64,000 nt of DNA from Alphaproteobacteria bacterium (GTDB lineage: Bacteria; Myxococcota_A; UBA796; GCA-2862545): the NCBI GenBank assembly GCA_020632925.1, contig JACKER010000007.1, positions 244,910 through 308,909 on the forward strand, written 5' to 3'. A model generated the notes under the pieces. It was not told the DNA's origin. It made no database searches and saw only the letters and a list, made by a program, of their open reading frames with translations. Numbering within the stretch: the first letter of the stretch is position 1; every line of letters starts with the position of its first letter. The position numbers and the translations under genes were made by a program. Of the stretch, positions 55,640 to 64,000 are shown one piece after another.

Positions 55640-56700
55640 TCGACCTTCGCCGACAGGTCCTTCACGTCCGCCTGGGCGTAGATCTGGTCGCCGTCGTTCA
55701 CCCCACTCGTGATCTCGACCTCGCGATCGGTCCGGTGGCCGACGGTCACCTTCGTCTTCTCCTTGGTCTTGCCGGTGGCGCCGTCGACGACCAGGTAGAC
55801 GTAGCTGTCACCGTTCTCCTGGAACACGGTCTCGGCGGGCACCTTGACCACGTCCTTCCACTCGCCGACGCGGATGCGGACCTCGGCCGTCATCCCGGGC
55901 TTGATCTCGACCTGCGACGTGGACGGATCGATCTCCACCTTCACGGTGAACACGTCGATCTGGCGCGAGGTGTCGGTGTGCCCCGCGGCGGCGATGGCGG
56001 TGACCTCGCCGGGCACCTCCTCCCCCGGGTACGCGTCGAGCAGGATGGTGGCCGACTGGCCGATGGCGACCTTGGCGACGTCGACCTGGTTGAGGTCGAG
56101 CTCCATGAGCAGCCGGTCCATCTGCGCGATGGTGAGCTGGGCCTCGCCGTTGACCGTGGCCGTCACCCCGGCGGTGACGAGCTCGCCGGGCTCGACGTTG
56201 CGCCGGATCACGACGCCGTCGATGGGGCTGCTGATGGTGCAGTAGTCGAGGCGGTCCTGCGCGGCCTGGACCTGCACGCGCGTGCGCTCGACCGCGATCT
56301 TCGCAAGGTCCACCTGGCGGACCGCGAGATCGTACTCGGCCTCCGAGATGCCGCGGCTCGCGAGCGCCTGCTCCTTGCGCTTGCGCTCGACCTCCGCGTT
56401 CTGCAGCGTCAGCCGGGCTTCCTGGAGGGAGACCCTCGCGAGCGACAGGTCGCGGGCGTAGTCGGTGTCGACGACCTTCATGAGCAGGTCGCCCTTGTGG
56501 ACCTCCTGGCCCTCCTCGACGTGGACCGAGGCGACCTCGCCCGAGACCTTGGCCTTGATGTCGACCTCGAACGAGGGCGCGATCTTGCCGGACTCGCTCA
56601 CGTCGTCGACCAGCTCGTCGCGGGAGACGGTGCGGATGAGCGCGTCGTCGAGGGCGCCACCTCCTCCCATCGAGCAGGCGAACAGCAGCAGGGCGATCAT
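55636..56700 (-). CDS. efflux membrane-fusion (periplasmic adaptor) lipoprotein, MacA/HlyD-like
   Basis: The lipobox 'LLLFACSMGG' is present. It has coiled-coil and lipoyl/beta-barrel motifs. It is the C-terminal part of a 779 aa ORF. Confidence 0.8.
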   Translation of the reverse strand: MIALLLFACSMGGGGALDDALIRTVSRDELVDDVSESGKIAPSFEVDIKAKVSGEVASVHVEEGQEVHKGDLLMKVVDTDYARDLSLARVSLQEARLTLQNAEVERKRKEQALASRGISEAEYDLAVRQVDLAKIAVERTRVQVQAAQDRLDYCTISSPIDGVVIRRNVEPGELVTAGVTATVNGEAQLTIAQMDRLLMELDLNQVDVAKVAIGQSATILLDAYPGEEVPGEVTAIAAAGHTDTSRQIDVFTVKVEIDPSTSQVEIKPGMTAEVRIRVGEWKDVVKVPAETVFQENGDSYVYLVVDGATGKTKEKTKVTVGHRTDREVEITSGVNDGDQIYAQADVKDLSAKVE

Positions 56701-57986
56701 GGCGCGGTCTCCGTGAGGTCGTCGCCGCGCGCCCAGCGCAGGGCGACCTCGGCGAGCGTGAGCTGGACGAGCAGATCGGCCTCGCGCAGGCGGGCCGACC
56801 GGAAGGCGCTCTGGGCGCTGAACAGGTCGAGGATCGAGGCGTTGCCCTGGCCGTAGAGCTCCTGCACGATGCGCAGGTTGCTGGCGGCGAGCTCCTGCTG
56901 CGACCGGACCAGGGGCACCTGCTCGCGCAGCATGTTCACGCGGCTGGCGGCGACGCGGACCTGGTTGCCGATCTCGAGCTCCTGGGAGCGCTGCTGTTGC
57001 TCGAGCTGGCGGGCGCCGACCTTGGCGCGCTCGACGTTCTGGTGGGTCTTCCACAGGTCGAAGGGGCTCCAGGTCGCGCGCAGGCCGATGCTCGCGTCCA
57101 GCGTCGGGCGGAGCTGGTCGGCGTCGGGCCCGCCGAGGGAGGTCCCCGCGGTGGCGCCGGCCGCGCCCGCCGTCCCCACGACGGAGACCGCGGGCAGCGC
57201 ACCCGAGCGGGCCAGGCGCAGCTCGGCGTCGTTCTGGTCGATGCTGGCCTCGACGCGCGCCAGCTCGGGCCGCGCGTCCCCGTCGCCCTCGCTCACGGAG
57301 ACGGGGGCGAGCTCGGGCTCGGTGGACACGGCGTCGGTGAGCACGAGGTGGTCGGAGGCGTCGTGCCCGAGCAGCTGCAGGAGGTCCTGCTCGGCGGCGT
57401 ACTGGCGCTGGCGCTGGGACAGCAGGTCGGCCTGCTGGGACACGAGATCGACCCGCGAGCGGTTCACGTCGAGATCGGCCGACAACCCGGCGGCGGCGCG
57501 GGCCTCGATGATGGCGAGCGTCTCGGCGGTGGCGTCGAGCGCATCCTCGGTGGCGGCGATGGACAGCTCGATGCCCTTCACGTTCCAGTAGGCGTCGATC
57601 GCGGAGCGCACGAGCTGCCGGCGCGTGATCTCGATGTCGGTGCGGGTGACGTCGAGGGAGGCCTCGGCGCGATCGATGTTCGCGTCCACCCCGCCGCCCG
57701 ACCACAGGATCATCGAGCCCGTGCCGCGGGCGTCCCAGTTGGCCCCGCTCGCGTCGTAGGCCTCGGCACCCCAGGGCTTGACGACACCGAGCTCGGCGCT
57801 GCCGTTGGCGGTCACGCTGGCGCCGAAGCGGTCGAGCTTCGCGCGCTGCACGTCGATGCGCGACAGGAGCTCGCGCAGCTCGGTGGACGCGAGATCGGGG
57901 TTCGCCGCCTCGACCTCCGTGATGGCGTCGGCGAGCGAGAGGTTCGTGTCGGCGGCCTGGGCCACCGCGAGCCACAGCGCGATCAC
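56697..57986 (-). CDS. TolC-family outer-membrane efflux protein
   Basis: The GTG start with a GGAGG RBS overlaps the ATPase stop as GTGA. It has a short signal peptide '[10 protein letters not shown]'. Confidence 0.75.
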   Translation of the reverse strand: MIALWLAVAQAADTNLSLADAITEVEAANPDLASTELRELLSRIDVQRAKLDRFGASVTANGSAELGVVKPWGAEAYDASGANWDARGTGSMILWSGGGVDANIDRAEASLDVTRTDIEITRRQLVRSAIDAYWNVKGIELSIAATEDALDATAETLAIIEARAAAGLSADLDVNRSRVDLVSQQADLLSQRQRQYAAEQDLLQLLGHDASDHLVLTDAVSTEPELAPVSVSEGDGDARPELARVEASIDQNDAELRLARSGALPAVSVVGTAGAAGATAGTSLGGPDADQLRPTLDASIGLRATWSPFDLWKTHQNVERAKVGARQLEQQQRSQELEIGNQVRVAASRVNMLREQVPLVRSQQELAASNLRIVQELYGQGNASILDLFSAQSAFRSARLREADLLVQLTLAEVALRWARGDDLTETAP

Positions 57987-58696
57987 GCGGACCTCCGCAG
58001 CACGGTGTCGGGGTCGCCGTCCTCGACGATGTGCCCGTCCCGCATCCAGACGACGCGCTTGGCGTAGCGCGCGACGTGCGGCTCGTGGGTGACGATGAGG
58101 ATGGTGAGGCCGCTCTCGTGCAGGCCGCCGATGAGGTTCATGATCTGCCGCGTGGTCTCGGTGTCGAGCGCGCCGGTGGGCTCGTCGGCGAGGAGGAGGG
58201 GAGGGCGGTTGACGAGCGCGCGCGCGATGGCCACGCGCTGCTGCTGTCCGCCGGAGAGCTGGTTGGGGCGGTGCCCGACGCGGTCCCCGAGCCCGACCTC
58301 TTCGAGCGCCTTGCGGGAGCGCTCGCGGCGCTCGCGGGTGCCGACCCCGGCGTAGACCAGCGGGACCTCGACGTTCTCGAGCGCCGACAGCCGGGGGAGG
58401 AGGTGGAAGCTCTGGAAGACGAAGCCGATCTTCTGGTTGCGGATGCGCGAGAGGGCGCGGTCGCCGAGCTTGCTCACCGGCTGTCCCTCGAGCTTGACGA
58501 CGCCCGTGTTGGGTCGGTCCAGCAGGCCGATCAGGTTCATCATCGTGGACTTCCCGGAGCCCGAGGTGCCCATGATCGCGACGTACTCCCCGGCGTCCAC
58601 GCGCAGGCTGACGTGATCGAGCGCACGGAGCTCCGTGTCGCCGGAGCGGTAGATGCGACTCACGTCGTCGAGCTCGACCAGCGGCCGACCGTCCAA
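57983..58696 (-). CDS. ABC transporter ATP-binding protein (MacB/LolD-type NBD)
   Basis: It has Walker A ('GTSGSGKST'), the ABC signature ('[15 protein letters not shown]') and Walker B ('[12 protein letters not shown]'). Confidence 0.85.
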   Translation of the reverse strand: MDGRPLVELDDVSRIYRSGDTELRALDHVSLRVDAGEYVAIMGTSGSGKSTMMNLIGLLDRPNTGVVKLEGQPVSKLGDRALSRIRNQKIGFVFQSFHLLPRLSALENVEVPLVYAGVGTRERRERSRKALEEVGLGDRVGHRPNQLSGGQQQRVAIARALVNRPPLLLADEPTGALDTETTRQIMNLIGGLHESGLTILIVTHEPHVARYAKRVVWMRDGHIVEDGDPDTVLRRSA

Positions 58697-58845
58697 CTGT
58701 CCCCCCCTTTCGGTGCCGGAGCCTACGCCCCTGGTGGCGTCGGTCTTGCATCGTCCGGCACGAGGGCGCCCCCGCTGGTGACGATCCGCGACACGCGGGC
58801 GGCGCTCCATCCCCCTCTCCCCCACAGGGGGAGAGGGTTGGGGTG

Positions 58846-61250
58846 AGGGGGCCCGGGACGCTGGTGGTGCTGCGCGACGCCGCTGATGGGAACCGCCGAG
58901 AAGCTCAGGACAGAGCGGGGCTGCGGTCGTGGTCGTCCTCTCGGGTCGCCGGGCGCGCCAGCACGCGGGAGCCGGCGGGTGGTGGGCCCGGCAGCACTCT
59001 GTCCTCGGCGTCCTCTGCGTCCTCTGCGGTTCCGATTCGGGGCGCCTCGCCCGTCGGGGTGTTCGCAGGCCCGGGACGCTGGTGGCGATGCGCGACGCCG
59101 CTGATGGGAACCGCCGAGAAGCTCAGGACAGAGCGGGGCTGCGGTCGTGGTCGTCCTCTCGGGACGCCGGGCGCTGGCGCTACGGTGTTCACCGCGCTCC
59201 TGACCGTGGTGGTGTACGGAGAGTCGGCGGGTGATGGGCCCGGCACTCTGTCCTCGGCGTCCTCTGCGTCTCTGCGGTTCGAATCTGGGCGCCTCGCCCC
59301 GTCGGGGGTGATCGCGGAGCCCGGGACGCTGGTGGTGATGCGCGACGCCGCTGATGGGAACCGCCGAGAAGCTCAGGACAGAGCGGGGCCGCGGTCGTGG
59401 TCGTCCTCTCGGGGCGCCCAGCACCCAGGGCTGGCGCTACGGAGAGGGCGGAAGTGGGCCCGGCACTCTGTCCTCGGCGTCCTCCGCGTCCTCTGCGGTT
59501 CCGAATCTGGGCGTCTCGCCCCGTCGGGGTGTTCGCGGGTCCGGGACGCTGGTGGCGATGCGCGACGCTGCTGATGGGAACCGCCGAGAAGCTCAGGACA
59601 GAGTGGGGCCGCGGTCGTGGTCGTCCTCTCGGGGCGCCCAGGGCCGACGCTGCGGTGTTCACCGCGCTCCTGGCCGTGGTGGTGTACGGAGAGTCGGCGG
59701 GTGATGGGCCCGGCACTCTGTCCTCGGCGTCCTCTGCGTCCTCTGCGGTTCCGAATCTGGGCGTCTCGCCCCGTCGGGGTGTTCGCGGGTCCGGGACGCT
59801 GGTGGCGATGCGCGACGCTGCTGATGGGAACCGCCGAGAAGCTCAGGACAGAGTGGGGCCGCGGTCGTGGTCGTCCTCTCGGGGCGCCCAGGGCCGACGC
59901 TGCGGTGTTCACCGCGCTCCTGGCCGTGGTGGTGTACGGAGAGTCGGCGGGTGATGGGCCCGGCACTCTGTCCTCGGCGTCCTCTGCGTCCTCTGCGGTT
60001 CCGAATCTGGGCGTCTCGCCCCGTCGGGGTGTTCGCGGGTCCGGGACGCTGGTGGCGATGCGCGACGCTGCTGATGGGAACCGCCGAGAAGCTCAGGACA
60101 GAGCGGGGCTGCGGTCGTGGTCGTCCTCTCGGGACGCCGGGCGCTGGCGCTACGGTGTTCACCGCGCTCCTGACCGTGGTGGTGTACGGAGAGTCGGCGG
60201 GTGATGGGCCCGGCACTCTGTCCTCGGCGTCCTCTGCGTCTCTGCGGTTCGAATCTGGGCGCCTCGCCCCGTCGGGGGTGATCGCGGAGCCCGGGACGCT
60301 GGTGGTGATGCGCGACGCCGCTGATGGGAACCGCCGAGAAGCTCAGGACAGAGCGGGGCCGCGGTCGTGGTCGTCCTCTCGGGGCGCCCAGCACCCAGGG
60401 CTGGCGCTACGGAGAGGGGGCGGAAGTGGGCCCGGCACTCTGTCCTCGGCGTCCTCCGCGTCCTCTGCGGTTCCGAATCTGGGCGTCTCGCCCCGTCGGG
60501 GTGTTCGCGGGTCCGGGACGCTGGTGGCGATGCGCGACGCTGCTGATGGGAACCGCCGAGAAGCTCAGGACAGAGTGGGGCCGCGGTCGTGGTCGTCCTC
60601 TCGGGGCGCCCAGGGCCGACGCTGCGGTGTTCACCGCGCTCCTGGCCGTGGTGGTGTACGGAGAGTCGGCGGGTGATGGGCCCGGCACTCTGTCCTCGGC
60701 GTCCTCTGCGTCCTCTGCGGTTCCGAATCTGGGCGTCTCGCCCCGTCGGGGTGTTCGCGGGTCCGGGACGCTGGTGGCGATGCGCGACGCCGCTGATGGG
60801 AACCGCCGAGAAGCTCAGGACAGAGCGGGGCCGCGGTCGTGGTCGTCCTCTCGGGGCGCCCAGCACCCAGGGCTGGCGCTACGGAGAGCGGGCGGAAGTG
60901 GGCCCGGCACTCTGTCCTCGGCGTCCTCCGCGTCCTCTGCGGTTCCGAATCTGGGCGTCTCGCCCCGTCGGGGTGTTCGCGGGTCCGGGACGCTGGTGGC
61001 GATGCGCGACGCCGCTGATGGGAACCGCCGAGAAGCTCAGGACAGAGCGGGGCTGCGGTCGTGGTCGTCCTCTCGGGTCGCCGGGCGCGCCAGCCCGCGG
61101 GAGCCGGCGGGTGGTGGGCCCGGCACTCTGTCCTCGGCGTCCTCTGCGTCCTCTGTGGTTCCGAATCTGGGCGTCTCGCCCCGTCGGGGTGTTCGCGGAG
61201 CCCGGGACTGGTAGCGGTGCGCGACGCCCCCGATGTGAACTGCGGCCGCC
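58846..61250. repeat. tandem array of about 10 copies of a 225-250 bp palindromic unit (noncoding, MITE/ERIC-like)
   Basis: The anchor 'gatgggaaccgccgagaagctcaggacagag' recurs every 224-250 bp. The units are near-identical, with 3 linker variants. Confidence 0.8.
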
Positions 61251-61421
61251 ATCACCGTGACCACGGATCGCGCCAACGACGTGCGTCCCCCCAGGTGACC
61301 AGGTACAGCGAATCGCTCCCGAGGCGGCGTCGAACGATCGGCGACACGCTCGGGACGGGGCGTTTCGGGTGCGGGACGGCGAGCGGGGATGGGCCCTCGC
61401 TCCAGAACTCGTGGGGGAACC

Positions 61422-62669
61422 GTGCGGATCGGCATCGACTTCGGCACCACCAACTCCGCGGTCGCCGTCCTGGGGCCGGGCGGTCCGCGCCTGCTCGAGC
61501 TGGCGCCGGGGGAGCGGACGCAGCGCACCGTGATCCACGCGTCGACCGAGGGTGAGATCACGTTCGGGAACGCCGCCTTCCGGGCCTACGTCGAGCAGGA
61601 CCTCTCCGGGCGCTTCCTGCGGTCCATCAAGGCCTTCCTGTCGCAGGACGTGCCGAAGACCACGCTCGGTCGCCGGCGCTACGCGTTCACCGAGCTCATC
61701 TCGGCCTACCTGCGCTTCCTGATCACGGGAGCCGAGCGGGTGACGGGGGAGTCCGTCACGCACGTGGTCGTCGGGCGGCCCGTGTCCTTCTCGAACGACG
61801 TGGAGCGCGACGAGCTGGCGCTCACGCGCTTGCAGCAGGCCATCGCGGACGCGGGCGTGGGGTCGGTCGGGCTGCAGCTCGAGCCCGTGGCCGCCGCGTA
61901 CCGCTACGAGCTCGGGCTGGACCGCGAGCGGATCGTGCTGGTCGGCGACTTCGGCGGCGGCACGTCGGACTTCGCCATCCTGCGCTGCGGCCCGGAGCGC
62001 ACGGCCTCGCGCGACCGCCTCGACGACGTGCTCGGGACCTCGGGCGTCGCGCAGGCGGGCGACGTGCTGGACGGGCGGTTCATGGACACGTTCCTGATGG
62101 ACGCGTTCGGCCGCGGCTCCACCTGGGTGCGCCCGTACCGGACCGAGCCCGAGCCCTGGGACCACCCGGTGCAGCGCCAGATCCAGCGGCTGTACTACCT
62201 GCACCTGCTGCGGTCGCGGGAGCTGCAGGAGGGCCTGGATCGCCTGGAGCCGCGCATGACCGATCCGACGGTGGTGCGGCGGCTGCGGCGGCTGATCTTC
62301 GACGACCTCGGGTACCCGATGGCGTGGGCGATCGAGGCGGCGAAGCGCGCGTTCGCGGACGGACCGGCGGTGACCTTCCGGTTCGACGAGTTCTACAGCG
62401 AGGCGCTCGACCTGCGTCGCGACGTGGATCTGGGGACCTACGAGGAGGGCTGCGCGGCCGTGCTCGACGCGTACCGGGGCGCCATCGACGAGGTGCTGGT
62501 GAGGGCGGGGCTGACGGCGGACGACGTGGACGACGTGTTCCTCACGGGCGGGACCTCGCAGCTGCCGTTCGTGCGGGGGCTGTTCGCGGAGCGCTTCGGC
62601 CCGGGGCGGCTGCGCAGCGCGGACGCGTTCACCAGCGTGTGCGAGGGGCTGGCGGTGGCGGCCGCTTGA
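61422..62669 (+). CDS. Hsp70-family actin-like ATPase (short YegD/HscC-like form)
   Basis: It carries 'IGIDFGTTNSAVAV', 'DFGGGTSD' and 'LTGGTSQLP'. Confidence 0.8.
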   Translation: MRIGIDFGTTNSAVAVLGPGGPRLLELAPGERTQRTVIHASTEGEITFGNAAFRAYVEQDLSGRFLRSIKAFLSQDVPKTTLGRRRYAFTELISAYLRFLITGAERVTGESVTHVVVGRPVSFSNDVERDELALTRLQQAIADAGVGSVGLQLEPVAAAYRYELGLDRERIVLVGDFGGGTSDFAILRCGPERTASRDRLDDVLGTSGVAQAGDVLDGRFMDTFLMDAFGRGSTWVRPYRTEPEPWDHPVQRQIQRLYYLHLLRSRELQEGLDRLEPRMTDPTVVRRLRRLIFDDLGYPMAWAIEAAKRAFADGPAVTFRFDEFYSEALDLRRDVDLGTYEEGCAAVLDAYRGAIDEVLVRAGLTADDVDDVFLTGGTSQLPFVRGLFAERFGPGRLRSADAFTSVCEGLAVAAA

Positions 62670-62700
62670 TTCGGCTGCAGGAGCGTCGAAGAGGTGGTGG

Positions 62701-63390
62701 TCATTCACCTCGAAGCCGCTGGAGGACGCGGATGTCGTCCGGTGTCAGCTCGACGCAGTCCACGTTGGGATCACAGGTCGGATTCCCGTTGCACCAGAAC
62801 GAACCAGGGTGACCTGGATCCCCCCACCAGGCCAGATCCGAAGCGACACCGCTGCAGCACGTGGGCTGCTGTCGTTGAATGGCCTCGACCATCCCCGCGG
62901 AGTCGAAATAGATCTGGGTGCCATGCGAGACCAGATTGGTATAGAAACCAAAGTCGTCCTGATCGATGCGGTAGGTTCGCGAGTAGACGAAATAGTGGCG
63001 GCCAGATTCCGTCTGGCACCTCAGCGCCTTCTCTGTGTGGACGGTGTATGTGCTCACACCCTCCTCGGATCGAGTCGACGTCTGAATGTATGGGTTGAAA
63101 GCGGGTTCGAGGAACCCTCTGCTCGTGACGTAGTCGAGAAAGGTAGGGTAGGACCCACCGAGAACGACCTCACATCCCCTCTCCAGACCAGCGACCGGAT
63201 AGCAGGTTCGAAAGCGATCGTGGGGAAATGTCTTGGTGCCGATGCAGCCAGCGACCTGGAGCTCTTTGGTGCCGGCATCGCATGGCTCCTGGATACCTGC
63301 GGTATCGCACACGGGCGGGGGTGTTGCCGACTCCGACCGGTGACATGCCACTACCATGACCATGAGTACAGGAAGACACGAAGCGATCAT
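62701..63390 (-). CDS. Cys-rich secreted lipoprotein, hypothetical, in a lower-GC region
   Basis: The lipobox 'MVMVVACHRS' is present. It has 14 Cys and a C-terminal 'WWGDPGHPGSFWCNGNPTCDP'. Confidence 0.5.
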   Translation of the reverse strand: MIASCLPVLMVMVVACHRSESATPPPVCDTAGIQEPCDAGTKELQVAGCIGTKTFPHDRFRTCYPVAGLERGCEVVLGGSYPTFLDYVTSRGFLEPAFNPYIQTSTRSEEGVSTYTVHTEKALRCQTESGRHYFVYSRTYRIDQDDFGFYTNLVSHGTQIYFDSAGMVEAIQRQQPTCCSGVASDLAWWGDPGHPGSFWCNGNPTCDPNVDCVELTPDDIRVLQRLRGE

Positions 63391-63489
63391 CGGCTACTGT
63401 GCCCCCGAGCCACAACCGTAGCGCATCGCCATCGCGTAGATGTTGTTCGACGGCGTTTGCGCATCCAACCGCCCGCAGTGACCAGGGCC

Positions 63490-63560
63490 GCGCGGCCGTG
63501 CTCGACGCGTGCCGCGACGCCATCGACGAGGTGCTGGTGAAGGCGGGGCTGACGGCGTAG
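63490..63560 (+). pseudogene. ~67 bp remnant copy of an internal Hsp70-like gene segment (~94% identical to 62453-62519)
   Basis: The frame is preserved ('AAVLDACRDAIDEVLVKAGLTA') and then hits TAG. Confidence 0.5.
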
Positions 63561-63572
63561 GATGCTCGAAGA

Positions 63573-64000
63573 TCAAGGAATCGCGCGGAGGCCCCGCCCG
63601 TGCCCGATCGCGCTGCGACGTTGCTGTTCGACCATGCGCTGGAGCTCGTCCTGTTGGTAGCGGTGCCACTCGACGCAGCAGTGGTCGCCAACGCAAGCCG
63701 GCGCGGTGGCGTCGTTGGGATCACCCCACCAGGCCCAGTCGGTGATGCGGCCCGCACAGCACACGGGACTGCCGCGCCGGACCGAGCGGACCTTTCCGGT
63801 GGCATCGAACCAGACCCCGACCCACCGATCCCAGACGTGGTCGTCCCACCACAGGCTACCCGGGTCGTACTGCACGAGCGAGGAACTCGTCAGCACGAAG
63901 TCGTAGTGGGCGCCGTCGCTCGTGGTGCAGCTCTGGGCGAGGCCGTACCTTTCCAGGTACTGTTCCTGGAACCCGGTGTCATCATCCGGCCCCGGCGGCC
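63573..64000 (-). CDS. 5'-truncated paralog of the Cys-rich protein at 62701-63390
   Basis: 'CTTSDGAHYDFVLTS...PVCCAGRITDWAWWGDP' aligns with 'CQTESGRHYFVYS...PTCCSGVASDLAWWGDP'. The frame is open to the window edge. Confidence 0.45.
   Translation of the reverse strand, partial: PPGPDDDTGFQEQYLERYGLAQSCTTSDGAHYDFVLTSSSLVQYDPGSLWWDDHVWDRWVGVWFDATGKVRSVRRGSPVCCAGRITDWAWWGDPNDATAPACVGDHCCVEWHRYQQDELQRMVEQQRRSAIGHGRGLRAIP

Noticed and set aside
56701-58751. Extended N-termini of ORFs 55636-57975 and 56697-58751
   Set aside because: Only the C-terminal 354 aa (MFP) and 430 aa (TolC-like) have protein-like sequence, an RBS and a signal peptide. The upstream parts overlap the real ATPase and TolC genes in wrong frames.
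59270-59300. tRNA-like T-loop motif 'ggttcgaatc' inside some repeat units
   Set aside because: The flanking bases cannot form a T-stem, and no acceptor or anticodon arms are present. It is a chance match within the repeat.
58846-61250. CRISPR array
   Set aside because: The repeat units are 225-250 bp and internally palindromic, and the intervening 'spacers' are three recurring linker variants, not unique sequences. No cas genes are nearby.
58843-61260. All six-frame ORFs inside the repeat array (for example 59867-60676 at 269 aa, and 60324-61214 at 296 aa)
   Set aside because: Their translations are periodic low-complexity strings that merely mirror the DNA repeat. No start or RBS context is present and every frame is open.

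Overview
This 64 kb window has about 70% GC and is densely coding. Its gene content suggests a myxobacterial (Myxococcota-like) chromosome: four eukaryotic-like Ser/Thr kinases with PEGA, beta-propeller, TPR and NB-ARC accessory domains, a caspase-like protein, MopE-like Cys/Asp-repeat lipoproteins and many lipoproteins. That taxonomic call is an inference from gene content only. I support about 55 features.

Functional blocks, in order:
- a partial STAND-type kinase-ATPase-TPR protein coupled to an NAD-binding dehydrogenase;
- a cytochrome c' / diheme cytochrome c pair;
- a regulated-proteolysis cluster: Prc tail-specific protease, a small lipoprotein, a TPR protein and an M50 site-2 protease;
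- an EEP nuclease, an orphan sensor histidine kinase and a metzincin-like lipoprotein;
- a kinase with a beta-propeller, an acyl-CoA synthetase and an 878 aa membrane-anchored protein of unknown function;
- a stand-alone rpsN (ribosomal protein S14) gene, an M32 carboxypeptidase and thyX;
- an orphan gpV/VgrG-like spike protein;
- a split cyanophycin locus: cphB-kinase-P450 on one side and cphA-iadA on the other, on the same strand, bracketing an operon of a kinase and two giant paralogous secreted lipoproteins;
- an ECF sigma / anti-sigma / caspase-like operon, next to an S8 protease lipoprotein that is divergently paired with a WYL (YafY-like) regulator;
- a glutathione S-transferase and a DUF296-like protein;
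- a five-gene MacAB-TolC-like efflux operon with a separate ATPase and two FtsX permeases;
- a 2.4 kb tandem array of about 10 palindromic 225-250 bp units that is noncoding and is not a CRISPR array;
- an Hsp70-family gene, followed by a lower-GC patch with two paralogous Cys-rich proteins and a ~67 bp remnant copy of the Hsp70 gene.

I saw no rRNA, tRNA, CRISPR, transposase or IS element. Many long six-frame ORFs are high-GC antisense or out-of-frame artefacts, including the 2570 aa ORF at 16157-23869. Several real genes are shorter than their listed ORF; I trimmed starts using RBS, signal-peptide and family evidence, so starts are approximate to within a few codons. Translational coupling through ATGA/GTGA start-stop overlaps is pervasive.
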